From the NCBI GenBank assembly GCA_964568715.1, contig CAZMQU010000001.1:23932-87931 (forward strand): 64,000 nt of DNA, written 5' to 3'. Below are positions 18,205 to 28,389 of the stretch, in pieces. Made by a program: the position numbers and the translations under genes. How positions within the stretch are numbered: position 1 is the stretch's first letter; each line of letters opens with the position of its first letter. The DNA comes from an uncultured Halanaerobiales bacterium (GTDB taxonomy: Bacteria; Bacillota; Halanaerobiia; B1SED10-174). The notes under the pieces are model-generated. The model did no database searches. It saw nothing but the letters and a program-made list of their open reading frames with translations, and was not told where the DNA came from.

Positions 18205-19851
18205 ATGTCTCTGTCAATGATATTGCAATTATTAGGTGGATTAGGACTTTTGGTTTTTGGTGTACATCAAATGGGCGAGGGTCTGCAAAAGGCGGCCGGT
18301 AAAAAATTTCACAGGCTAATTGAACTCCTTACGACCAACCGGTTTGCCGGGGTGGCTGTAGGTGCCTTGGTGACCGCTTTGGTACAAAGCAGCAGCGTTA
18401 CTACCGTTATGACCGTCGGCTTTGTTAATGCCGGCATCATGACCTTACAACAAGCGATCGGCGTTATTATGGGGGCCAATATAGGTACTACCGTGACTGC
18501 CCAGTTGATTGCTTTCAACTTGACCGATTTGGCTTTACCCGCTTTGGCCTTAGGGGCCTTTTTGGTTTTCTTTACCCGCAAAAAAAAGCTTGGCAATATT
18601 GGCCAGGTTATTATGGGTTTTGGTTTGATGTTTTTAGGTTTAAGCGTGATGAAAGAATCGATGAACCCCTTGGCTCATAATCCTGCCTTCCTGGAATTTT
18701 TTAAGGTCTTTGGTAAAAATCCTATTTTGGGGGTTCTGATTGGTATCTTTGCCACTGCCCTAGTCCAGAGTAGTTTTGCAATAATCGGTATCATTATTAG
18801 CCTTGCTTCCATTGGATTGATTGATTATCAAATTGCCCTACCCATTTTGTTGGGCAGTAACATCGGCACGACCATAGCAGCCCTCCTGTCGAGTATAGGA
18901 ACAAAAATTGCCGCCCGACGGGCTGCGGTTGTTCACTTGCTCTTTAATGTGTTGGGGACGACCATATTTATCTTGCTTTTTTACCTTATACCGGGGCTGC
19001 CCCAATATTTACAAATCTTCTTTACTTGGGTTTCGACTTCACTGGGAACGACGCTGAACATCCAAAGATTAATAGCCAATACCCACTCTCTTTTCAACTT
19101 GATTAATACTTTATTATGGTTGCCTTTTACCGGTTTTTTGGCTCGCTTAGTTATCCGTATTGTCCCCGGCAGCGATGAGATCATCAAGAGGGGACCGATA
19201 TATATTGACGATCGAATGCTAAAAAGCCCGGCCGTAGCTTTGGAACAAATTCATAAGGAAATCTTGCGGATGGCAGACTTGGCCTACCTGAATGTGGGTG
19301 ATTCGCGACGGGCCTTCATCGAAGAAAACGTTAAATTAATCGAAAACGTTTATGAAAGGGAAGAGGTTGTCGATGCTTTGGAAACGCATATCACCGAATA
19401 TTTGATTAAATTGTTGCGCCAACCTCAGACGGAAAGCAACTCGGTGCGACTCAACAACTTCTTCCATTTGATAAACGATATCGAGCGTATAGGGGATCAT
19501 GCTGAAAATATTATTGAATTGGCGGAGTATAAGATTCAAGAGAGACTGCCCTTCAGCAAGGAGGCGATTGATGAACTCAATACAATGTTTGATCGAGTGA
19601 TGCAAGCTTTTGAGGGAGCTATAAATACCATTACAAGTGATAACTTGGAAAAGGCAATCGAAGTCCTTCGTTTCGAGGACGAAGTGGATCAAATGGAAAG
19701 GGCTTTTCGTGGTCACCATATCAAGCGGCTCAATGAGGGTTCTTGTTTCCCTGCTTCGGGTATTATCTTTTTGGATGTCATCAGTAATCTGGAAAGAATA
19801 GGCGACCATGCGGCCGGAATGGCCAGGATAATCCTTACCAGTCGCAAATAA
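18205..19851 (+). CDS. Na+/phosphate cotransporter with C-terminal PhoU domains
   Basis: QSSS repeats, GANIGTT/GSNIGTT, two D(I/L)ERIGDHA PhoU motifs. Confidence 0.92.
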   Translation: MSLSMILQLLGGLGLLVFGVHQMGEGLQKAAGKKFHRLIELLTTNRFAGVAVGALVTALVQSSSVTTVMTVGFVNAGIMTLQQAIGVIMGANIGTTVTAQLIAFNLTDLALPALALGAFLVFFTRKKKLGNIGQVIMGFGLMFLGLSVMKESMNPLAHNPAFLEFFKVFGKNPILGVLIGIFATALVQSSFAIIGIIISLASIGLIDYQIALPILLGSNIGTTIAALLSSIGTKIAARRAAVVHLLFNVLGTTIFILLFYLIPGLPQYLQIFFTWVSTSLGTTLNIQRLIANTHSLFNLINTLLWLPFTGFLARLVIRIVPGSDEIIKRGPIYIDDRMLKSPAVALEQIHKEILRMADLAYLNVGDSRRAFIEENVKLIENVYEREEVVDALETHITEYLIKLLRQPQTESNSVRLNNFFHLINDIERIGDHAENIIELAEYKIQERLPFSKEAIDELNTMFDRVMQAFEGAINTITSDNLEKAIEVLRFEDEVDQMERAFRGHHIKRLNEGSCFPASGIIFLDVISNLERIGDHAAGMARIILTSRK

Positions 19852-19864
19852 AAGGGAATTTATA

Positions 19865-19891
19865 GCAGGACAATAATCTTTGTAAGCGAAT
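19865..19891 (+). promoter_or_regulatory. Candidate sigma-H promoter upstream of ftsK
   Basis: GCAGGACAA-N14-GAAT, same spacing as B. subtilis spoVG P1. Confidence 0.5.
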
Positions 19892-19903
19892 ATATTTCAT
19901 GAG

Positions 19904-21961
19904 GTGAAGGCAGTGAAAAGGATTTCCGAAGAGAAAAAAAACGAAATAATCGGTATTATATTTATAGTTCTGGGCATTATCAATCTAATAAGTTTGTATA
20001 AAGAGACCGGCTATCCCGGTGACTTTATGAGAGATTTTTTTGCTTTACTCTTCGGTAAGGGTTCCCTTTTTGTTCCTTTGGCTTTCTTTTATTTGGGTTA
20101 TCGCTTGATTCGCTACAAAGAGTTGGTCACCAATATCGCTTATTTGGGTTTTTTTATTGTATTGCTTGTTCTTTTGACTTTCATCCATATGGCTGTGCCC
20201 GGTGGGGAAGAAATCGATGTAGCGATACGGGGTGCAGGGGGAGGATTGTTGGGAGGAGGCCTATTGTGGCTTTTGCGAAGTCTTTTTACCCAAAATATTT
20301 TGGTGATTGTTATTTTGTTGGCCATTGCTTTAAGCGGTCTTTTGCTGATGTCGGAATGGGACATGTCGGTCATGTTCAAGAGGTTGGCAGATTTTTTTGC
20401 CAAGAAACCGAAAAAGGTGAAGGAAGTAACCGCGGCCGTAAAAAAGAAACCGGTTTATGCTGTTAAAAAGACACCAATAAGTAAAGCCAAGGTAAGGCCG
20501 ATACCGGAACCGCCTACTAACGGTGAATATATGTTACCCCCAACCGATCTTTTGCAGGAATACCGGGATCCGAAAGGTTTGGTACCGGAAGACCAAAGTG
20601 ATTTGCTGGAAAATACCCTGGCCAATTTTGGTATCGAGGCGACGGTAATCAATATTACCCACGGGCCGCGAATCTCCCGTTATGAATTGCAACCGGCCCC
20701 TGGCATAAAGGTGAGCCGTATCGTCAACTTGGCCGATGATATTGCCTTGGCTTTGGCAGCTCCTGATATCAGAATTGAAGCACCCATACCGGGTAAGGCC
20801 GCTTTGGGCATCGAGGTGCCCCACAAAGCACAAAAACTGGTCGGTCTGCGGGAACTGGTGGAGTCTGCTAACTATACTGAATCCCCTTCCAAGTTGTCCA
20901 TTACTTTGGGCAAAGATATCAGTGGCGAAGTCATTGTTGAGCATTTAAATAAAATGCCCCACTTGTTGATAGCCGGGGCAACCGGTACCGGCAAGAGCAT
21001 GTTTATCAACAGTTTGATTTTGAGTATATTGTTCAAGGCCACCCCGGAGCAGGTAAAGATGGTGTTGATTGATCCTAAGCAGGTTGAACTGACTACCTTT
21101 AAGGATTTACCCCACCTTATTTTGCCCTTGGTCAACAAGCCCAAGAATGCAGCGGCAGCCTTACAGTTGATGGTAGAAGAAATGGAAAGGCGTTATGATC
21201 TATTTGCTCGGGAGGGTATGGGCGTCAGAAGCGTTGAAGAATATAACAAGCTTATTGAGCTTTCCGCCGATGAAGAAGAGCCAAAGAAGCCTTTGCCTTT
21301 AATTGTTATCATTATCGATGAATTGGCAGACCTGATGATGATCTCACCCCGGGAGGTCGAAGATTCAATTTGTCGTTTAGCTCAGATGGCAAGGGCGGCG
21401 GGCATCTATTTGGTTATTGCCACCCAAAGGCCCTCAGTCGATGTTATTACCGGACTAATCAAGGTCAATATACCTACCCGCATATCTTTTTATGTAACTT
21501 CACAAATTGATTCCCGCACTATAATTGATATGGGCGGAGCGGAAAAATTAATGGGTGAGGGTGACATGCTGTTTTCACCGGTTGGGGTGATGAAACCGAT
21601 TCGTATCCAAGCACCTTTTGTCACGACCGCTGAATTGAAAAAGGTGGTCGGTTTTGTAAAAAAACAAATTAAACCAGATTATCAGCTGGATTTAAAGAAG
21701 ATTGAAGCCCAAAGTAAAGATCGCCTTGCCCGGGAAAGGGATGAATTGTACGAGGAAGCCGTGGCTTTGATTGTGGAAAATGAACAGGCTTCCATATCGG
21801 TTTTGCAAAGACGTTTTAATATAGGCTATAACAGAGCCGGGCGCATGATCGACATGATGGAACGGGATGGAATTATCGGTCCTTTTGCCGGTAGCAAAAG
21901 CAGGAAGGTATTTCTGCAAAAAAAGGATTTGCCCGGCTATTTGGAAGAAATCTCCGAATAG
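19904..21961 (+). CDS. ftsK: DNA translocase FtsK/SpoIIIE
   Basis: 4-TM N-terminus, RIEAPIPGK, GATGTGKS, IIDELADLM, ATQRPSVDV, gamma domain SVLQRRFNIGYNRAGR. Confidence 0.96.
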   Translation: MKAVKRISEEKKNEIIGIIFIVLGIINLISLYKETGYPGDFMRDFFALLFGKGSLFVPLAFFYLGYRLIRYKELVTNIAYLGFFIVLLVLLTFIHMAVPGGEEIDVAIRGAGGGLLGGGLLWLLRSLFTQNILVIVILLAIALSGLLLMSEWDMSVMFKRLADFFAKKPKKVKEVTAAVKKKPVYAVKKTPISKAKVRPIPEPPTNGEYMLPPTDLLQEYRDPKGLVPEDQSDLLENTLANFGIEATVINITHGPRISRYELQPAPGIKVSRIVNLADDIALALAAPDIRIEAPIPGKAALGIEVPHKAQKLVGLRELVESANYTESPSKLSITLGKDISGEVIVEHLNKMPHLLIAGATGTGKSMFINSLILSILFKATPEQVKMVLIDPKQVELTTFKDLPHLILPLVNKPKNAAAALQLMVEEMERRYDLFAREGMGVRSVEEYNKLIELSADEEEPKKPLPLIVIIIDELADLMMISPREVEDSICRLAQMARAAGIYLVIATQRPSVDVITGLIKVNIPTRISFYVTSQIDSRTIIDMGGAEKLMGEGDMLFSPVGVMKPIRIQAPFVTTAELKKVVGFVKKQIKPDYQLDLKKIEAQSKDRLARERDELYEEAVALIVENEQASISVLQRRFNIGYNRAGRMIDMMERDGIIGPFAGSKSRKVFLQKKDLPGYLEEISE

Positions 21962-22097
21962 TAAAAAGAAGCTGCTTTTTTCTGATGACTTGCCAGATTA
22001 TTTTTACCGATATTGTATAGAATACTGATTGCCGGCTTCTATTTTGAAAGTTTGCCTGATTAGATTTAATACCGAATAATGAAGAAGGTGGTTATAG

Positions 22098-22460
22098 GTG
22101 AAAGAAATCGGTGCAAAATACCGTCAGGCCAGGGAAGAGAAAAATTTTACAATTGAATCTATTGCCGAGCAAACAAAAATTCAAAAAAGGTTCCTGCGGG
22201 CTATCGAAGAGGGTGCATGGGATATCATTCCCGGCGAAGTTTATTTGCGAGGATTCTTGCGGACCTATGCGGATATCCTTGATTTGGATGCCGAAGAAAT
22301 TTTGAGTATTTATGATCATCAGAGGGAAGAAGAGGCGAGGCTTGACGAAGAGCCGATTGAACCTCCGCAACCCAAGAATCATTTATTATGGGGAGGCTTG
22401 ATCGCCTTAATTATTTTAGTGGGCGTATTGGTTTATTTTTTCTTCTTATTACCTTCTTAG
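22098..22460 (+). CDS. Short RodZ-like HTH membrane protein
   Basis: XRE HTH with PGEVYLRGFLRTYADILDLD, then one TM helix; no C-terminal domain. Confidence 0.75.
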   Translation: MKEIGAKYRQAREEKNFTIESIAEQTKIQKRFLRAIEEGAWDIIPGEVYLRGFLRTYADILDLDAEEILSIYDHQREEEARLDEEPIEPPQPKNHLLWGGLIALIILVGVLVYFFFLLPS

Positions 22461-22473
22461 GGTGGGCTAACTA

Positions 22474-23253
22474 TTGGCATGGTATGACCTTTTGCTCTTA
22501 TTACTTATAATTGTATCTTTTCTTAGCGGTCTGAGACGAGGATTTGGCCATTCCTTGCTTTATTTCGGTCATTATATAGTAGCGCTGCCCTTAATTTATC
22601 ACAGCTCCCGACCTCTGGGCCTAAAGATCTTTATAAAATTTAATTTAGGATCGATAATATCGCAAGCCATAAGGGATGTATATTATCAACCTTGTTTGCC
22701 GGCGGACAAGATAATAATTGATCCGCATTTTATTACCAATAATTGGCAACTTATCCAAAAGGAAGCCGGTCAATTCATTGCTGCTTTAGATTTTCCCCCT
22801 TTTGTTAAAAATATGTTTATCTCCTTATTTAATTCGCATTCTTTCCGGGTTGCCTTGACAAGGCATGGCAGCACACCGGTTGATTTGCAGGAGGCACTGA
22901 TTTATTATGTCGGTGATATTTTTGCCTCATTTCTGGCTCTTACTTTGGCAATAACTATTATTTATCTTGGCATATTTATTATTTTTCGGCTTATAATTTT
23001 ATTAGTGCCTTTGAATTCCATCGAGAAGAGAAAACTTTTTTGGACCGACAGGGTTATGGGGGCTTTATTGTCCTGCGTTAGCAGAGTATTTTTCGTTTGC
23101 TTGGCCTTGGTCTTGTTGCAACCGGCACTACTGTTTTTAGCCGTAAATATTCAAGCAACAAAGTTTTTGAACTTTTTCTGGTCATTGATGAGCAAATTCC
23201 AGCCTTGGTTGGAAGAAGCGGTTTTAAATATAATTACGGGAGCCGGGTGTTGA
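22474..23253 (+). CDS. CvpA-family membrane protein
   Basis: N-terminal DLLLLLLIIVSFLSGLRRGF and later DRVMGALL motifs. Confidence 0.7.
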   Translation: MAWYDLLLLLLIIVSFLSGLRRGFGHSLLYFGHYIVALPLIYHSSRPLGLKIFIKFNLGSIISQAIRDVYYQPCLPADKIIIDPHFITNNWQLIQKEAGQFIAALDFPPFVKNMFISLFNSHSFRVALTRHGSTPVDLQEALIYYVGDIFASFLALTLAITIIYLGIFIIFRLIILLVPLNSIEKRKLFWTDRVMGALLSCVSRVFFVCLALVLLQPALLFLAVNIQATKFLNFFWSLMSKFQPWLEEAVLNIITGAGC

Positions 23254-23255
23254 CC

Positions 23256-23972
23256 ATGCTAAAGGTACATGAGCCTTTTTATTCAAAATGGAAGCTTAGC
23301 GATATATTTTTGTTGTTTATTTTGGCCAATGTAATAATTATTCCCCTTGAATTTTTATTTGTGGTGCTGAATGTCCCGCGGGGCTTTTTGACTATTTTCT
23401 TTTCAGCCCTGCAACCTCTGAGTATCTTACTATTCACCTTTTTAATTATTTCCATAAGGTATGAATACAATTTTTTTCGGGAGAAATTTATAGCTTTCGA
23501 AGACAATAAATATGTTCTGCGAATTATCTTTATCAGCATTGCTATTTGGGGAGTTGCTACTTATGCCAATGTTTTGTTTCAAGGCCTTTTAAAGAATCTT
23601 TTTAATGTTGTTCCTAAACAGCAAAACGTGGCTTCATTTATTTTGGATCAAGTGCGGGGGGCGTCATTGATATTTTATGCAGCCATTATTATTTTCCTGG
23701 TTCCTCTGGCAGAAGAAGTTTTTTTTCGCGGTGTTTTGTATCCTTTTTTTAGAAAGTCTTTGGGTATTGCACTGGGTACTTTTCTGGCCAGTTCCTTCTT
23801 TGCTTTGGCCCATTTTGAGGTCTGGGTGTTTTTCCCTACCTTCTTGGCAGGACTTGGATTCACCGGTCTTTTCGAGCGGTTCAAAAGCTTATGGGCACCG
23901 GTACTGGCCCATATGATTTGGAACGGGATGGGCTTTACCTTGCTATTGATAAAGATCCTGTCCATGTCTTGA
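23256..23972 (+). CDS. CPBP (CAAX/Abi) intramembrane metalloprotease
   Basis: PLAEEVFFRG, FALAH, AHMIWN motifs; ATG at 23256. Confidence 0.88.
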   Translation: MLKVHEPFYSKWKLSDIFLLFILANVIIIPLEFLFVVLNVPRGFLTIFFSALQPLSILLFTFLIISIRYEYNFFREKFIAFEDNKYVLRIIFISIAIWGVATYANVLFQGLLKNLFNVVPKQQNVASFILDQVRGASLIFYAAIIIFLVPLAEEVFFRGVLYPFFRKSLGIALGTFLASSFFALAHFEVWVFFPTFLAGLGFTGLFERFKSLWAPVLAHMIWNGMGFTLLLIKILSMS

Positions 23973-24067
23973 ATAAACCAATGTTTAAGGTGCCGGCCGT
24001 TCAAGAGTTAAATCATAGGCGATAAAAGCTTTTGATTGGGTAATAATATAACTCGGGAGGTGTACCT

Positions 24068-24820
24068 TTGCTGATACTTTTAACCAATGATGACGGTGTC
24101 TATGCGGAAGGTTTAAAAGTTTTACAAAAGGAATTGCGACCTTTCCATGAAGTATATGTCGTGGCACCGGAGCGGGAGATGAGTGCCACCGGCCATGCTA
24201 TTACCTTGCATAAGCCCTTACGGGTTGCCGAAGTGAAGATGAGGGACGGCACTACTTCCTGGGCGGTAAACGGGACGCCTTCCGATTGTGTGAAGTTGGC
24301 CGTTAAAACAATTTTGCCCCAAATGCCCGATATCGTTATATCCGGCATCAACGACGGTTCCAATATGGGTACCGATGTTTTTTATTCAGGCACCGTGTCA
24401 GCGGCCGTTGAAGGCCATTTTATGGGTTTCCCGGCCATTGCAGTTTCCTTGGTAGTCGATTCGCGGGAACCTACTTACGCCTGTGCAGCTTTATATATCA
24501 GAGAATTGCTCAATTCATTGGGCGATAAAATTTTGGCGGACAAGCTTCTACTCAATATAAATATTCCTTATCTAGGAGCGGAAGATATAAAAGGAACCAA
24601 AATTACAAAACTGGGACAACGCACTTATATCAATGTTTTCGATCAAAGGGTTGACCCCCGCGGTCGAAAATATTACTGGATGGCCGGTGATTTAGCGGAA
24701 GAATTGGCTGATGATGAGTTAGATACGGGAGCAACCAAAAAGGGCTTTGTATCCATTACCCCTCTCAATCTTGATTTGACTAACTTTGCCCAAATTGAGG
24801 AACTTAAAAAAATGATTTAA
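24068..24820 (+). CDS. surE: 5'/3'-nucleotidase SurE
   Basis: ILLTNDDG, GTPSDCV, SGINDGSNMG, YSGTVSAA, SITPL. Confidence 0.95.
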   Translation: MLILLTNDDGVYAEGLKVLQKELRPFHEVYVVAPEREMSATGHAITLHKPLRVAEVKMRDGTTSWAVNGTPSDCVKLAVKTILPQMPDIVISGINDGSNMGTDVFYSGTVSAAVEGHFMGFPAIAVSLVVDSREPTYACAALYIRELLNSLGDKILADKLLLNINIPYLGAEDIKGTKITKLGQRTYINVFDQRVDPRGRKYYWMAGDLAEELADDELDTGATKKGFVSITPLNLDLTNFAQIEELKKMI

Positions 24821-24822
24821 AG

Positions 24823-24851
24823 TTATACAACCTCCCCCCAGGGCATATATT
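24823..24851 (+). promoter_or_regulatory. Candidate sigma-E promoter
   Basis: TTATACA-N14-CATATATT; overlaps an inverted repeat ATACAACCTCCC/GGGGGGTTGTAT. Confidence 0.45.
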
Positions 24852-24870
24852 TTTTTAGGGGGGTTGTATT

Positions 24871-25245
24871 ATGGGTATCATTGATGTTCTGCCGAGGATG
24901 TTAAAGGGTTTGTTGGTTGCATTGATTATTTTTTTGGTGGCTTGCTTGATCACGACTTTTATTTATGCGATTAGCGGTTCTTTAAAACGATCTGTTTTGG
25001 CCAAAGTTCTGATGGTGGGTCATTATACGGCAATTTTATTGGGTGGTTTTCAAGCCGGCAGGGCTGCCTTGAGCCGCGGTTGGTTGCAAGGTTTGCTAGT
25101 CGGTTTTGTCTATTCAACAATTATTTTAATATGGGCCTTGCTAATTATGAATATAAGTATTACGATGCAGTTAATGCTTCGATATTGCATAACGATAATC
25201 GCCGGCACACTGGGGGGCATGTTGGGGGTCAATGTAAAAGCTTAA
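24871..25245 (+). CDS. YrzE/TIGR04086-type small membrane protein
   Basis: Four TM helices, SRGWLQGLLVG and AGTLGGMLGVN motifs. Confidence 0.75.
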   Translation: MGIIDVLPRMLKGLLVALIIFLVACLITTFIYAISGSLKRSVLAKVLMVGHYTAILLGGFQAGRAALSRGWLQGLLVGFVYSTIILIWALLIMNISITMQLMLRYCITIIAGTLGGMLGVNVKA

Positions 25246-25442
25246 ATTTAGGTTAGGTGACCAAAGTCTTTGGGTAAAGTCGGCCTACAGCAGGTCGCTT
25301 TATTTTTTAAAATGGCAAAAAAATAATAGTAAATCAATTAGGAGATTTAAAACAGGAAAAACTGGCGATGGAATAGGGTTACAGAAGAATAATAGTACTA
25401 TAATAAAAAAACCGCCAAGCATAATGACGGTTAAAGGTTAAA

Positions 25443-25518
25443 TGGAGCTGGCGGCCGGAATTGAACCGGCGACCTGGGCATTACAAGTGCCCCGCTCTGC
25501 CTGCTGAGCTACGCCAGC
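25443..25518 (-). tRNA. tRNA-Thr(TGT)
   Basis: Cloverleaf GCTGGCGTAGCTCAG...GGGCA-CTTGTAA-TGCCC...GGTTCAATTCC...CCA. Confidence 0.95.
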
Positions 25519-25971
25519 GTATGAAAGCCAAATGGTATTGGCTATGATAAAGAAAATAATCTTGGTCAAAAAAACATTAACGAAAAACGCAACAGCGGAT
25601 AAGACAAAAATCATTAAGCGACAAAAAGGGAACGGTTGATAAGTCTAAAAGCATTTTGCAACAAAAAGAGACTACTGAATGAGTCTAAAAAACATTATAC
25701 AGCAAAGGGAGAATACCGTCAATAGTTTACATCGTCCAGCAGGATATTTTTTTGAAAAAGTAGCATGGCTGGATTGACTTTGCTTTTAAAATTATCGGTG
25801 GCTCCGACAGCATATAATTTGCCAATAATATTTATCTGTGGTAATTACCAATCTTTGCAGGGTTTAAGCTTTATTTGCCGAAAAATAAATTAGACAATTG
25901 ATAGATTTACCGGTGTACCGGCCAGAAGCTACAAGCTACTATTAGCTTAAATTAAAGAGAGGGGTTTTATA

Positions 25972-26841
25972 ATGAAGACAAACATTGATAGACTCGTTAA
26001 GGTTTCCGTCCAAGGACAGGTGTCACCCCCGACTAAGCGATACCAGTACATTGTTTCCCACGACGGGGATCCGTTAATCTTACCGGGAACGGGTGGTATA
26101 ACTTACAATGTAAAGGTCGGAGATCCGGCTTTTGGCTGGGTAGGCGATCATGTGGAACCCGGTGTCAGTATGAAGGTTTTGGGCGGTAATGAAAAGGTGG
26201 CTGAAAACGGGGCTTTGAATATTCTTTCCTGCATCGGCAATAAAGTAAAAGTTATAAGCGGCGATGCCAAAGGAGCTGAAGGGGTAGTAACCGGAAAACA
26301 CGGCGGGATTGAGCATGTCTTGGTTTATTTCCCTAAAAACACTTTGGAAAAGCTAAATTTAGAAGATAAAATCCTGGTGAAAAGCTGGGGACAGGGTTTG
26401 AAATTATTGGAGGCACCCGATGTAGCGGTAATGAATTTAGATCCTGATTTGTTGAAAAAGATTCCTTTGAAATTGAATGACGGCTTCTTGGAAGTGCCGG
26501 TTGCCGGTGTGATTCCACCTGAACTGATGGGCTCAGGCATCGGGGCTTCTTCGGTTTACAGCGGAGACTACGATTTGACATCGGCCGACAAAGATAAATT
26601 GGCGGAGCTGGGCCTTTTGGATCTGCGTTTTGGAGATTTGGTGGTCCTGACGGATACAGATAATACCTACGGCCGTTGTTATAGGCAGGGAGCCGTTACC
26701 ATCGGTGTGGTCGTTCACAGTGACTGCGTTTTGGCCGGCCACGGTCCGGGTGTAACCACTATATTTACATCGGCCAAAGGTAAAATAAAGGCCCAAGTTA
26801 CCAAAGGAGCTAATATTGCCGATTACTTGGGTTTGAAATAA
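25972..26841 (+). CDS. DUF4438-like conserved protein
   Basis: PGTGGITYNVKVGD, GDHVEPGVS, GSGIG, AGHGPGVTTI; strong RBS; family name from memory. Confidence 0.7.
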   Translation: MKTNIDRLVKVSVQGQVSPPTKRYQYIVSHDGDPLILPGTGGITYNVKVGDPAFGWVGDHVEPGVSMKVLGGNEKVAENGALNILSCIGNKVKVISGDAKGAEGVVTGKHGGIEHVLVYFPKNTLEKLNLEDKILVKSWGQGLKLLEAPDVAVMNLDPDLLKKIPLKLNDGFLEVPVAGVIPPELMGSGIGASSVYSGDYDLTSADKDKLAELGLLDLRFGDLVVLTDTDNTYGRCYRQGAVTIGVVVHSDCVLAGHGPGVTTIFTSAKGKIKAQVTKGANIADYLGLK

Positions 26842-27062
26842 GCAGCGCTAAGGATACGATTGAAGTTGTAAAACTTTTAAAACTGTTTTGCCTTTACAAT
26901 TTCTCAGGCTGTGCTTTGTTTTTGGTTTTTAAAATATCAATGAGGCTTTCCGGTATGATAGCCGATGGGAACAGTGTCGCTACCGGGTTCGGTATATGAA
27001 ACCGGCCGGCTCTTCTTGGCAGGATTACGGCAAATTTAGCCATCCCGTGGTGGGAGTTATCG

Positions 27063-27091
27063 TTGACTTTAGAAAAAGCCTATGATACAAT
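27063..27091 (+). promoter_or_regulatory. sigma-A promoter of tRNA-Pro
   Basis: TTGACT-N17-TACAAT. Confidence 0.7.
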
Positions 27092-27104
27092 AGCAATAGT
27101 AAAT

Positions 27105-27181
27105 CGGGATGTGGCGCAGCCTGGTAGCGCGCACGTCTGGGGGGCGTGAAGCCGGGAGTTCAAATCTCCCCATCCCGACCA
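27105..27181 (+). tRNA. tRNA-Pro(GGG)
   Basis: CGGGATGTGGCGCAGCCTGGTAGC...CACGT-CTGGGGG-GCGTG...TTCAAAT...CCA. Confidence 0.95.
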
Positions 27182-27186
27182 TTTTA

Positions 27187-27212
27187 AAGCCTCACAGTTG
27201 AGGCTTTTTTTA
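27187..27212 (+). terminator. Terminator after tRNA-Pro
   Basis: AAAGCCTCA-CAGT-TGAGGCTTT followed by T run. Confidence 0.8.
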
Positions 27213-27416
27213 TTGCCAATTATTTTGCCCGTTGAAATTGGCGTTTTGACAATTCAAAAAGAGTTCTTCTAAGCGCTAATATATTACATAAATTCTTAAT
27301 ATTCGCTGGAAAATGCTAAACTAGTGTAAAAATAAGTATTCGGCTATAAAAATACTTTTTAAAGAAGGAAGAATACAAATTTAAGTTGAATTATATCGAT
27401 ATAAGGAGGGAATTAA

Positions 27417-28025
27417 ATGCGTAAAAATAGAGCTTTCATTTTTATATTATTAACCTCGTTATTATTTGGTTTTTCGGCGGGCGCCTTTGCCGCGCCAAAT
27501 GCATATGTGGAAAAAGGAAGAGGATCGGCCGGCCTTAATTTTACATACCTTATGAAGCTCAAGTCCGAAGGCGGCACAAGCGATAATGTTCCGGCCTACG
27601 GGCTATCTTTAAGATACGCCCCTTTCAACAGGCTTGCATTAGGGTTTAATATTGCCAAACACGGTTTTGTTGATGAATTTCTTCGGACCAATGTTCAATT
27701 GCAGTATATGTTTGAAAAACCTTTTTTCGGTGATACCTGGACTTCCGTAAAGGCCGGCTACAGTGAACGCAGATATTTGACTGCCGATCTGTCTATGCTT
27801 GGCGGCTGTGCCGGTATTTTGCTTTCCCGTAATTTTAAAGATTTTTGGTGGGCTCATACAAGCATTGAAGTTGAGATTTATAAGGCTTTAATTGCTCCTG
27901 CTTACAGTATCGGTTTTGAATATTTTGTAAAGCCAAAAGTCAGCTTGGGTATTTCTTTTGATGGCATATTTGATGTGGACGGCCATCAACACGGACCATC
28001 GCTTACGGCAAAATTTCACTTTTAA
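27417..28025 (+). CDS. Probable outer-membrane beta-barrel protein
   Basis: Sec signal peptide (AFA), alternating hydrophobic strands rich in Y/F/G, C-terminal LTAKFHF ending in Phe. Confidence 0.7.
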   Translation: MRKNRAFIFILLTSLLFGFSAGAFAAPNAYVEKGRGSAGLNFTYLMKLKSEGGTSDNVPAYGLSLRYAPFNRLALGFNIAKHGFVDEFLRTNVQLQYMFEKPFFGDTWTSVKAGYSERRYLTADLSMLGGCAGILLSRNFKDFWWAHTSIEVEIYKALIAPAYSIGFEYFVKPKVSLGISFDGIFDVDGHQHGPSLTAKFHF

Positions 28026-28074
28026 ATAATTTAAGGTTCCTGGTCGGAACCATAATTAGAAGAGGAGGAGTAGT

Positions 28075-28389
28075 ATGCGTATTAAGGATCATCCCATTTT
28101 GACATTTGAAGAAAAGAAAACTGTAAATTTCATGTTCAATGGGAAGCAATTGCAAGGCTATGAGGGTGAACCGATAGCTGCTGCCTTACACAATGCCGGT
28201 GTCAAGGTATATAGGCTCAGCGATCGGCATGAGCGCCCGCGGGGTTTTTATTGCGCGATCGGTAACTGTTCTTCTTGTTTGATGGTCGTCAATGGTGAAC
28301 CCAATGTTCGTATCTGTGTTACACCGCTTCAAGAAGGAATGCGTGTCGAATATCAAGAAGGTAAGGGGGATTTGGATGTCAGCGTTTGA
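28075..28389 (+). CDS. 2Fe-2S protein like the N-terminus of sarcosine oxidase alpha / HcnA
   Basis: GEPIAAAL, RPRGFYCAIGNCSSCLMVVNGEPNVRIC. Confidence 0.88.
   Translation: MRIKDHPILTFEEKKTVNFMFNGKQLQGYEGEPIAAALHNAGVKVYRLSDRHERPRGFYCAIGNCSSCLMVVNGEPNVRICVTPLQEGMRVEYQEGKGDLDVSV

Noticed and set aside
25519-25724. Hydrophobic ORF in the ~170-nt leader of tRNA-Thr
   Set aside because: Runs into the tRNA, lacks an RBS, and the hydrophobicity follows from the T-rich strand
26894-27043. 49-aa minus-strand ORF (MAKFAVILPRRAG...) and local hairpins before tRNA-Pro
   Set aside because: No Shine-Dalgarno, no recognisable family, and no ncRNA motif I can support
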